From NCBI GenBank assembly GCA_963843375.1, contig CAWJKT010000004.1, positions 64,001 to 128,000 of the forward strand: a stretch of DNA of 64,000 nt. Direction: 5' to 3'. The position numbers and the translations under genes are program-made. The DNA is from an uncultured Pseudomonadota bacterium. Lineage in GTDB: Bacteria; Oederibacteriota; Muellerivitia; Muellerivitales; Muellerivitaceae. How positions within the stretch are numbered: position 1 is the stretch's first letter; each line of letters opens with the position of its first letter. Shown one piece after another: positions 37,924 to 47,190 of this stretch. The notes beneath the pieces are model-generated. The model did no database searches and was not told the DNA's origin. It worked only from the letters and a program-made list of their open reading frames with translations.

Positions 37924-38780
37924 GGGATCACCTTGTCGATCACGATCTTCACACGGCGGCGATCGTGCGGATTGATGACGGCACTCGTGCCCTGCAGGTC
38001 CCCTGCGGTGGCCAGCGGCTGGCCGCTCGGCGAGATGCGCGCCTCGATCGTGACCCGTCCGGCGTTCGAGAGCGTGCGTCCCGGCAGCATCGACTCGCTG
38101 TCGTCCAGAGCAAAGCTCAAAGGCCAGGTGCCGACACTGCCGCGGTACACGGCGACCGGTGCCCCCGGGCTGTCCACTGACTTCGCCACGATGAATATCG
38201 TCGTGCCGGCGGGGGCACGCGACGCCAGGGCCGGAGCCAGCGCCACCTCGCCCGTGACACCGGTTGCCGCAGGCGCACTCGAGTCACCCGGCGCGCCGGC
38301 CGGCGGCGCCTTCAGCGCGGGCAGCTGATGCGCCCGCGCCTGCGCGGCCTGCTGCGGCCGGCCCAGAAAATCATAGGACTTGGCGAGCAGCTCCCAGTCA
38401 TCGTCGCTGCCGCCGCTTTTGGCCAGCCGGGCTTGCAGCGCCGCAATCGCCGCGTCCATGGAACCAGCACGCCCCGCATCCTTGGCGCTGCCCGCGGCGG
38501 CAGGCGCCGCAACACCGCGGCCCATGGCATCAGCCAAGTCGGCCCAGGAGTCACCCGTCGCTGCGCTGCTGACCGCGGCCGCAGCGGACGGCGGCGGCGC
38601 GGGTGTGCCGCCGTAGTTGAGACCCAAGTCTATGGCCATGACGATGAGCGCCGCCGCCCCGGCGGGCCACGGCAGCGCCGGAAGGGTCGCCAGTCGCGGA
38701 ATCGTCCGTAGCCAGGGCAGCAGCAAAATGACGGCCGCCAGCGTGAATACCCCGCCGGATATGAAGGACAGTACCGACAC
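37920..38780 (-). CDS. CcmI/CycH-like cytochrome c maturation chaperone (TM, TPR, C-terminal Ig-like domain)
   Basis: Two N-terminal TMs, WELLAKSYDFLGR TPR, IFIVAK..GAPVAV..WPLSFALDDSESMLPGRTLS..VTIEARISPSG..GDLQG. Confidence 0.85.
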   Translation of the reverse strand: MSVLSFISGGVFTLAAVILLLPWLRTIPRLATLPALPWPAGAAALIVMAIDLGLNYGGTPAPPPSAAAAVSSAATGDSWADLADAMGRGVAAPAAAGSAKDAGRAGSMDAAIAALQARLAKSGGSDDDWELLAKSYDFLGRPQQAAQARAHQLPALKAPPAGAPGDSSAPAATGVTGEVALAPALASRAPAGTTIFIVAKSVDSPGAPVAVYRGSVGTWPLSFALDDSESMLPGRTLSNAGRVTIEARISPSGQPLATAGDLQGTSAVINPHDRRRVKIVIDKVIP

Positions 38781-38948
38781 TCGATGCGCTCCTCAGCAGA
38801 CCGTGCGCCACGGTCCCGATTCCAGGATCCGGATGCAAACAACGCGCTCGTGCGCTTTGCTAAGTAAAGTTGATTCTAATGATCGCCCAACAATTTGACA
38901 CATGTATGTGAATCACGACACTGATCCTGGATGCAGCGGCCGGCGGTA

Positions 38949-38964
38949 TGTGATTTGATTCGCA
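38949..38964. promoter_or_regulatory. CRP/FNR-superfamily-like box in the divergent promoter
   Basis: TGTGA-TTTGAT-TCGCA, one mismatch to TGTGA-N6-TCACA, in an AT-rich intergenic gap. Confidence 0.45.
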
Positions 38965-39015
38965 GTATCCTGGCGACCCGGTTTTTACTCTAATAGGCCC
39001 GCCCTCACGGTCCGA

Positions 39016-40335
39016 ATGAGCCCGCACATGGACTTCTGGTCATTGGTCCTTTACGGACTACCCCTGGCGGCCATCCTGGCTGTCTACATTTGGCGACAGC
39101 AGCGCACGCATCACCAGAATCGGCGTGTGCACGAAGAAACGGTAGCGGCCGGCTTGACCGAGCCTGCCTCCTTGCATCCAAGCATTGATCCGAGCAAATG
39201 TCTGGGCTGCGGCGCCTGCGTGAAGGCGTGCCCCGAGCAGCCGCATCACACGGTGCTCGGGCTGATCGATGGCAAGGCGGTGTTGGTAGGCCCGACCGAT
39301 TGCATCGGTCACGGCGCCTGCAAGACCGTGTGCCCCTTCGATGCCATCACCCTGGTGCTGGGCACCGAGCGGCGCGGCGTGGATATTCCCGTTCTCAAGC
39401 CCAACTTTGAATCCAATGTGCCGGGGATTTATGTCGCCGGTGAACTCGGCGGCATGGGTCTGATCAAGAACGCGCTGACGCAGGGCCGTCAGGCGCTGGA
39501 GTCGATCGCCAAGGAGCTGAAGCCCCAGCCCGGGGTGCTGGACGTACTCATCGTGGGCGCCGGCCCCGCGGGCCTGGCTGCGTCCCTGGCTGCCAAGCAA
39601 CTGGGACTGAATTATCGGACCGTTGAGCAGGAAGCCCTGGGCGGCGCGGTCTTCCAGTATCCGCGCGGCAAGCTGGTGATGACCGCGCCGGTGGAGCTGC
39701 CGATCATCGGCAAGATTCAGTTCCGCAATACGACCAAGGAGGAACTGCTGAAGTTCTGGACCCAGGCCTGCCAGGGCAATGGCCTGAACATCCGCTACAA
39801 GGAGCGCGTGGAGACCGTCCAGCAGCGCGATGGGTGTTCCAGGTGAAGACCACGCGGCGAGCGTACCAGGCTTCACGCGTCCTGCTGGCCATCGGCCGGC
39901 GCGGCACACCGCGCAAGCTGGGCGTACCCGGCGAGGAGCTGCCCAAAGTGGTGTACCGGCTTGATTGACCCGGAGCAGTACCAGGGACGACGTGTCGTGG
40001 TGGTCGGTGGCGGTGACAGTGCGCTGGAGGCCGCGGCCAGCATCGCCGAGCTGGGCACCTGTGCGGTGATCCTGTCGTATCGTGGCGAAGCCTTCCAGCG
40101 CGCCAAGCAGCGCAATCGCCAGCGCGTGCAGGAGGCCAGCGCCCTGGGCCGACCTCAAGGTACTGATGGGTTCGGCCATCCAGGAGATCCAGCCGCAGGC
40201 CGTGGTACTCAAACAGGCCGAAAAGTCATGGCCGTCGCCAACGATGCCGTGATCGTGAGCGCCGGGGGAGTATTGCCGAACGACTTCCTGCGCGCCATCG
40301 GCATCGAAGTGGAAACCAAGTACGGCACGGCATGA
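39016..40335 (+). CDS. Membrane-anchored 2x[4Fe-4S] ferredoxin fused to a thioredoxin-reductase-like FAD/NAD(P) oxidoreductase (frameshifts ~39840, ~40150)
   Basis: N-terminal TM; CLGCGACVKACP and CIGHGACKTVCP; ESNVPGIYVAGELGG; IVGAGPAG; AIGRRGTPRKL; VVGGGDSALE. Confidence 0.88.
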
Positions 40336-42331
40336 TGAACCCGCGCCTGCACCGGACCGTCCGTGATGCCCGCCTCGGCCTGCTGCTGGGCCTCATCATG
40401 GGGCTGGGAAACCCGGGCGCCCGCGCAGCGACACCGCGCGCGCGTGGATCCGCTGGAGCCGGCGCGCAGCGCCCTGCGCACCCTGCAGTTCAGCCGCGCC
40501 ATGCAGCTGCTGAGGCCGCCGGCACGGCGGGCAATCCCGAGGCGCAATACCTGCTCGGTCTCATGTATCTGAATGGCGTGGGCATCGCGGCCGATCCCGC
40601 GCGATCACGCGCGCTGCTGCAGTCCGCCGCCGAACACGGTCAGGGCGCGGCCGCCTACGTGCTGGCCAGTGAACTGGCGCGCGATCCCGCGCGCACCGCC
40701 CGAGGCGGCGCGGCGCTGGCTGGAACACTCGGCGCAGCTGGGCTACGGGCGTGCCGTAGAGGTGTTGAAGGCAGGCGGCGTACTGCTCGCCCGTGAAGAC
40801 CTGGGTGTCTCGGATCCGGCGCTGCGCCCGGCGTGGGTGATCGCCTGCATCCGCCGCAATGACACGGCGGAGCTCAAGCGCCTGGGCACCGACAGCCTCT
40901 CGGCGCGGGATGCGTTCGGACGCGGATCGCTCGATTACGCCGTCCAAGCCGACGCAGTGGCCGCGGCGACCATGCTGCTGCAGCTGGGTGCGGACGTTCA
41001 CGCAGCGGACAGCTTCGGCACGACGGCGCTGATGCTCGCCGCCGAACGCTCCGACACGCCCTGCTGGACCTGCTGCTGCAGCATGGTGCGGACCTGCAGG
41101 CCGTGGATGCCGAACATCGCACCGCGCTGTTCTATGCCGCGCGCGCCAATCAGCCCCAGGCGATCACGGCGCTGCATGCGGCCGGCGCGGCGCTGGACGC
41201 CCGCGACGAACGTGGCTACAACGCACTGGATGCCGCACTGGCGGTCGGGCGCCACGGGCGCCGCCCAGGCCCTGCGCGATGACGGCCTGCAGGCGCATGT
41301 GGCCGCGACGGCGCCCGCGCGCAGCGGCAAATTTGATCCTACCCGTCCGGGTGACATCTATCCGAATTGGCCCGTGCTGGCCCTCGCCGTTGCCCGCAAC
41401 GACACCAGCGCCATCCGGCAGCTGCTGGATACCGGCGCCCTGCCAACCTGCGACTGCCGGCAGGGCGAGTCGCTGCTGCAGATCGCCGTGGATGCACGCG
41501 CCTTGAACGCCCTGCCGTTGCTGGGCACACGGGGCTCCATCACGGCTACCGATCACGCCGGGCACACCGCGCTGTGGCTGGCGGCCGCCCGTGGCGATCT
41601 CGCCGTGATTCGGGCCCTGCTCGCCTCAGGCGTGGCCGCCGACACGCACGGTGCCGAGGAAACCACCCCGTTGCTCGCGGCGTTGCACAGCTCCCACGCC
41701 GAGGCGGCGCAGGCCTTGCTGGAGGCCGGTGCCAATCAGGAGGCCATCGATTCGCAAGGCCGCCGGCCGCTGATGATCGCCTGCGCAACCCGGCAGCTGG
41801 CGCTGGTGCAGTGGCTGCTGGCCCATCACGTCCAGGTGGATGCGCAGGATGCCCAGCGTCGCACCGCGCTGTGGCATTCCGTCATCTTCGGCTCCGCGGC
41901 CGAGGTGAATGCACTGCTGACGGCCGGTGCGCGGGAGGACGTCGGCGGACGCACAGGGCCTGACGGTGCTGCACGCTGCCGCCGCTCAAAGTGACGCCGC
42001 GGTCGTACAAGCGCTGCTGGCCCCCAACACCAGCCTGAATCAGCGCAGCGTCAGCGGCGATACGCCGCTGCTGATCGCCGCGGCCAGGGGCCACGCCGAA
42101 CTGGTGCAAGAACTGCTGAAAATGCGTCCGGACCTGGATGTCCAGAACCGCGCCGGTGATACCGCGCTGATCGCCGCTGCGCGCGGGGGCTATGCAGCCG
42201 TGTGCCAGCTGTTGCTCGCGGCGGGAACCAATACTGCCCTGCGAAACGCTGCTGGCGTCACCGCCGCCGAGGTGGCTCAGGGCCGAGGCTTCACGTCGCT
42301 GGCCCGCGATCTCACCAGCAAGACTCTCTAA
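40332..42331 (+). CDS. Exported Sel1-repeat plus ankyrin-repeat protein (frameshifted)
   Basis: Signal-like N-terminus, GNPEAQYLLGLMYLNG (Sel1), many G.T.L..A ankyrin motifs (GTTALMLAA, GHTALWLAA, GDTPLLIAA, GDTALIAAA); start overlaps the upstream stop. Confidence 0.85.
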
Positions 42332-42346
42332 CGCTGCGCCCGCGAC

Positions 42347-43579
42347 TCAATAGGCCAAGAACGGTCCGGTATAAAGGCCGGCCGTGCGCTGTTCGAAGCC
42401 AACGTAGACAGGCCGGCCGTAGAAGAAGGGCATGCCCCAGGTGAAGTTGGTCGAACCACCTCCGCCGGCGAGGTCGATGAAGGCGGCGGCACCGGCGACA
42501 AAGGTATTCGGGTCGGCGATGGCAAAGTTCACGGTGCTGGAGGCATTGTTGACGCCAACTCCGGTGTTCACGGCAAAGACGCTCTGCGGCGCCACGGCCG
42601 GACAGTAGTAGCCCACGAACGGGCCAGTGCCGCACACGCCCAGCGTGGGATCATCAAACAGATAGGAGTCGGCCCCGGAATCAATCAGTGACGGAAGGGC
42701 CGTCGCGCCGCCATTATAGGTGGCGGTGAAGTCGCCATTGGCATTGGTGCCCAACACGGCCAGCCCGGTGGCGGGCAGCGCATTGTCGCTCTGGGTTCCC
42801 AGGCCGAAGATCACCTCGCCCGCCACGCTGGCATCGCCGTTGGCATTCTGCAGATTGGGCAGGTTCACGATCAACCCATTGTTATCCGCCGCGAACAGCG
42901 TCGCCGGATTGGTCACCTGGGTGCCAAGCGCAGCATTTTCTGCCGTGCAGACGCCGGCGGCGCTGCAGCCGTAGTAGACCGGAAGCGGTGACGCAGCGCC
43001 CGCACAGGCATTGCCGCAATCCTGTGCAAAGACACCGATGCCCAGTACACCGTTGGCACCGAAGCCGGAAATGCCATTGATCAGCGTCCCGTTGGCGCCG
43101 CACGTTGCTGGCGGCGGTGCGCTGCTGCCCGTATCATCCATGATCTGGATGGGAACCTTCGATGCGGCCTCCCCGGCCAAGGTGACGTCAGTGAGGGCCA
43201 CGGGCCCCCACGTCTGTCCGCCACCGAACGTGACGCACTCCTCCAGCGTCTGCCCCTGGGCATCGGTTTCGGGGCTGAGTTTGACACTCGCCGAGAGCAC
43301 CGAACCGACCAGTCGCAGGCCGGACGATCCGGTATCCAGCAGCACATGGTCGATATTCAGGCACTGAGTCTGGCTGCCCGGTACGCACACCGTCACAGTC
43401 ACGTAGGCATGGTTGATTTGACCGCTGGCGCCCGCTGGCCCGGAATCCACGATGACCGTCAGGCGGTTTTGCACCGGCGGCGGCGATTTCGCGCCGGCGC
43501 CCGTGCTGCTGTTGCCCACACAGGCGCCCAGCAATGTCGGAAGCATGACGCTTGCAATGAAGGCTACAGCACATCGCAT
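42347..43579 (-). CDS. DUF3443-family lipoprotein (pepsin-like DTG/DSG motifs)
   Basis: Lipobox LGAC, VTVCVPG, VLLDTGSSGLR, ANGVLGIG, LIDSG, WGMPFFYGR. Confidence 0.85.
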   Translation of the reverse strand: MRCAVAFIASVMLPTLLGACVGNSSTGAGAKSPPPVQNRLTVIVDSGPAGASGQINHAYVTVTVCVPGSQTQCLNIDHVLLDTGSSGLRLVGSVLSASVKLSPETDAQGQTLEECVTFGGGQTWGPVALTDVTLAGEAASKVPIQIMDDTGSSAPPPATCGANGTLINGISGFGANGVLGIGVFAQDCGNACAGAASPLPVYYGCSAAGVCTAENAALGTQVTNPATLFAADNNGLIVNLPNLQNANGDASVAGEVIFGLGTQSDNALPATGLAVLGTNANGDFTATYNGGATALPSLIDSGADSYLFDDPTLGVCGTGPFVGYYCPAVAPQSVFAVNTGVGVNNASSTVNFAIADPNTFVAGAAAFIDLAGGGGSTNFTWGMPFFYGRPVYVGFEQRTAGLYTGPFLAY

Positions 43580-43602
43580 GCGTTCCTCCTGCCTCCGCGC
43601 CG

Positions 43603-44073
43603 TCAGCGCAGGGTATCCAGTGCTACGCCGGCCGGGACGGCCGCGGGCAGATACGCCCGCCCAGAGTAGGCGCGCAGGTGCCCACCGGTATCCACCACCA
43701 GGTCTGCCGTCACAACATGAATGGCGCGCTGACGGCCCGCATTCTGCAGTAACCAAAGGGCACTGGCGTACTGCCCGAAGTACGCACCCAGCACGGCCGC
43801 CAGATCCGGTACTGCAGGTCCACTCCAGCTCACCGCAAACACGGTGCCGCCAGAATCCAGGAACTCGCGCACGGTCATGCCGTTGTCAGTCCGGATGCTC
43901 ACCGTATCGCCCGGCGCTGGCTGCACCGGTTGCACCTGGCCGTGCAGTTGCGTTGCATCCGCGAGAATACTGGCCGAATCCCCACCCAAGGTAGCCTGCG
44001 CACTGATCGACCAGGCGCACAGCGCGCTCGATATGACAATCCGCGGGACAACGCGAGCAACTGAACGATGCAT
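43603..44073 (-). CDS. DUF2844-family exported protein
   Basis: AQATLGG, VREF, VFAVSWSGP..PDL..VLGAYF, GGHLRAYSGRAYLP; usual partner of DUF3443. Confidence 0.85.
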   Translation of the reverse strand: MHRSVARVVPRIVISSALCAWSISAQATLGGDSASILADATQLHGQVQPVQPAPGDTVSIRTDNGMTVREFLDSGGTVFAVSWSGPAVPDLAAVLGAYFGQYASALWLLQNAGRQRAIHVVTADLVVDTGGHLRAYSGRAYLPAAVPAGVALDTLR

Positions 44074-44286
44074 TCGAGTATTGTGCAGCATCAGCAGCGG
44101 CGCTGGCACCGTCTCAGAATGCCGACAGGTCCACGCGTCCGACCGCGCTGCGGCTGAACTGTGGCGAGACAAAAATCCCTTTGACAGTGAAGTGCGCCGA
44201 TTCGCAAATCGTATTGTCTCAAAAATCATAGCGCAGCTGCCGGGTGGCGCCTCCGGGCACAGGAACGACAACAATGGAAGCCCGAG

Positions 44287-44510
44287 TCCACGCGCGCCCA
44301 GGTCGATGCCTTGCGGTCCCAGCCATCAATCTGGAAGATGGCCGCGGCCGCAGGCGGCCCCCAGAAACGCGGACTTTGCACCGCCTTGAGCGCTGAGGCA
44401 CCCACTCGCGACCAGCCCGGCGCAACTGTCACATCCTCGCCCCAAGGGCGGCCCTCCTGAACGGTCGCGCAGTCGCTTAACGCCAGGCCAAGCAACCCCA
44501 ACCACACCCT
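44287..44510 (-). pseudogene. N-terminal fragment of a lipoprotein, possibly PAP2-type
   Basis: LALSDCAT..GRPWGEDVTVAPGWSRV..AAAIFQIDGWDRKASTWAR, then the protein-like signal breaks off. Confidence 0.4.
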
Positions 44511-44802
44511 TCCAGGCACTGCCCGAAAGGCCAAAGTCCGCCGTCGTCTCGCTGCGTGCACTGTACTTTGCCACACGAACTCGGTACTTTGCAGCGTAAA
44601 GTGATTGCCGGCTCGGTGCAACTTCCGACGCGGCGCGGCGCTCAGCCGCATCAGCGCACCGGGGCGGTTGATTCTCACAGTCGAGTACGTCCAAGCATAG
44701 TTGCACCCCGAAAAGCGAACGCCACCCGGTAATCCCGTGATTTCCTTGCGCACACTCGAACGAAGTGTCAAACGTTGGCTGAACCTCCGGCTCTCGGCTT
44801 GC

Positions 44803-45435
44803 ATGACGCCGCGGCAGCAGCGGATGATGCCCCTCGCGCTGCTCGTGGCGCTCATCACGACTCCAGATATCGCCCGCGCTGGCGGCGGTCCGCTGGGAAT
44901 CGATTCGCGTCTGACGTACGACAACCGCGGCATCTGGGCCCGGGGCAATCAGGAGGCCTTGATCGACAGCATGATCGGTGTCGTGGCAGCGGGCGCGTTG
45001 TGGGAAGGCGGCGAAGACCGTTTGGGCAAGACCTTCTGGCAATCCGTGGACGCGGGGGCAATCAGCGGACTGGCCTCCACCGCGCTCAAATACGCGTTTT
45101 CGCGCGAGCGCCCGTCCCAGACCTCCAACCCAAATGAGTGGTTCACGGGGCACGGTCAGAGCTTTCCGAGCGGGGAGGTCACCACGACGAGCTCACTGGT
45201 CACGCCTTTCGTTCTTGAATACGGCAGGGACCACCCGGCCGTGTATGCGCTGGAGCTGCTACCGATCTATGATGCCATTGCCCGCATGAAGACTTGGGGG
45301 CATTGGCAAAGCGATGTGCTCGCCGGCTACGCATTAGGGACCGCGAGCGGCTACTTCCTGCACCGCAGCGGTTCCCCGCTCGTTTTCAGTGTCATGCCAC
45401 ACGGGGTTCAAGTCGGGTTCAAAATGCAATTCTGA
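44803..45435 (+). CDS. PAP2-family phosphatase-like protein
   Basis: KYAFSRERP, SFPSGE (His replaced by Glu), ARMKTWGHWQSDVLAG. Confidence 0.82.
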   Translation: MTPRQQRMMPLALLVALITTPDIARAGGGPLGIDSRLTYDNRGIWARGNQEALIDSMIGVVAAGALWEGGEDRLGKTFWQSVDAGAISGLASTALKYAFSRERPSQTSNPNEWFTGHGQSFPSGEVTTTSSLVTPFVLEYGRDHPAVYALELLPIYDAIARMKTWGHWQSDVLAGYALGTASGYFLHRSGSPLVFSVMPHGVQVGFKMQF

Positions 45436-45613
45436 CGCCTTACATTGGCTACAAGACAGGTCCGCCAGGCTCGGTTGCAGGCTGCCCACGTTCAATCATG
45501 GTTAGACTTCGGGCCGCCCGGCATTCTCGCATCGACAATGCTTTCGACGCTCGAGGGCCTCTCATGGGAGCATCAAGTGTTACACGCCCAACTGAACGCA
45601 ACATAGGTAAGCG

Positions 45614-46198
45614 ATGACCATCGATGCAGCAGACGCGGCGCTTGCGCAGAATCCCCCCGGGCGCTATGGACCGGGCGCGATCGGGTTTCACTGGGCCACG
45701 GTGCTGCTCGTGGTGTGGGTGGGGGTACTGGGCCTGCTGCATGATTCCTGGCCTCGAGCAACGCAAGCGTTCTGGATAAACGTTCACGCGCTTTGCGGAC
45801 TTTTCCTTTGGGCGGTGGTCATTGCGCGGTTGTGGTGGCGGACGCGCCATCCACCGCCGGGCTTGCCTGCCGGCGTCAGCGAACTTTCGCGTCGACTCTC
45901 CGGGCCTGTCCACCTGTTGCTTTATGCATTACTGCTGATCATTCCCATTATTGGCATAGTGACATTCATCTGGCACGGCCGCGTCTTCGACTTCGGCCTA
46001 TTCCGGATCAATCCGGGCGTTCGGTCGAACCGCGCAATATTTCATCCCACCGAAAATATTCATGGCTATCTGGCCTACGCCCTGTTCGCGCTCGCCGGCC
46101 TTCATGCCGCTGCGGCGCTCTACCACCATCTGATCAGAGGTGACGACATCTTGAGACGCATGTGGCCGCGCTCTGGCAGTAACCACTCAACTCGCTGA
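45614..46198 (+). CDS. Cytochrome b561 (CybB/YceJ-like)
   Basis: RY..AIGFHW, INVHALCG, RLWWR, VHLLLY, IHGYLA, LHAAAALYHH..RGDDILRRMWP. Confidence 0.92.
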   Translation: MTIDAADAALAQNPPGRYGPGAIGFHWATVLLVVWVGVLGLLHDSWPRATQAFWINVHALCGLFLWAVVIARLWWRTRHPPPGLPAGVSELSRRLSGPVHLLLYALLLIIPIIGIVTFIWHGRVFDFGLFRINPGVRSNRAIFHPTENIHGYLAYALFALAGLHAAAALYHHLIRGDDILRRMWPRSGSNHSTR

Positions 46199-46311
46199 TC
46201 CTTAGTGCCAGACAGCGACCCTCGCAACGCGCAATATTGCCATGAGAACGATTAGCGGCGATGCGGCCCCGAGATCATGGAGCCGCGCGCGCCCGCCGCC
46301 TGGCACCAAGC

Positions 46312-47187
46312 TCATCGGACACACCAGGCCCGTACCTTCTCCTGGCGCAGGAAGTCTTCCGCGTCGGCGCCGCGCAGGAGCGCTAGCTTCGCCAGCAATC
46401 CCGCCTCGGTGCATGTGGGAGCGTGAACTGTCACGGACCGTGGTGCGTCGGGTATTGGCCAGCCGGTTCGAGGATCCAGAACATGACCATATCGCGTACC
46501 TCGGTCATTCACATAGCGGTACGTATCGCCGCTGGTGGCGAGGGCGCCGTGGGTGAGGTCCAGCAGGCCCGAAGTAACGCCCGCCTGATCCACGTCCTCT
46601 ATTGCCACATGCCAGTGGCCACCGTCCCGCCTTGGCCCAGAGACCCTAAGATCTCCTCCAAAATTGACCAGCACGGGCGCATCAGTGGCGTCTTGGGCCA
46701 GGAGCAGTGCCCGATCGACGGCATACTCCTTACCGATGCCACCTAAATCGATCTCCATTCCCGCAGGCAGCTGCAGCACCGGGCGACGCCAGGAGACGCG
46801 GTGCCAGCCTACAAAGGGGAGGATCTGCAACACTGCTGAGGCGTCCGGAACCGTGCCCGTACCATCAAAGCGCCATACCCGCCGCAACACCCCGGAAGTG
46901 ATGTCGAAGCGACCTTCACTCAATTGATAGCACGTTTCCGCATAGTCAATGAGATCGGCGGATTCGGCGTCCAATAAGACTTCATGGCCGGCGCTCTGAT
47001 TGATCGTTGTGACCACACTGGGACGGTAGCGCGAAAACTTCGCCTCGACGCGCAGCGCTTCCTGTTTGACTGCCTCTCCCACTCCAGCCCCGATCTCAGC
47101 GTCGGCGGTGTCAACCAGGACAATGCAGGGGCTGCCCATGGCCAGGAACTGAGTGACGTGGTGCTGATTTTGTGTGCCCTGCGCCAT
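46312..47187 (-). CDS. apbE: FAD:protein FMN transferase (ApbE)
   Basis: AMGS, KFSRYR, SEGRFDITSG, IDLGGIGKEYAVD, VNFGGD, ALATSGD, HVLDPRTGWP; no signal peptide seen. Confidence 0.93.
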   Translation of the reverse strand: MAQGTQNQHHVTQFLAMGSPCIVLVDTADAEIGAGVGEAVKQEALRVEAKFSRYRPSVVTTINQSAGHEVLLDAESADLIDYAETCYQLSEGRFDITSGVLRRVWRFDGTGTVPDASAVLQILPFVGWHRVSWRRPVLQLPAGMEIDLGGIGKEYAVDRALLLAQDATDAPVLVNFGGDLRVSGPRRDGGHWHVAIEDVDQAGVTSGLLDLTHGALATSGDTYRYVNDRGTRYGHVLDPRTGWPIPDAPRSVTVHAPTCTEAGLLAKLALLRGADAEDFLRQEKVRAWCVR

Positions 47188-47190
47188 GAC

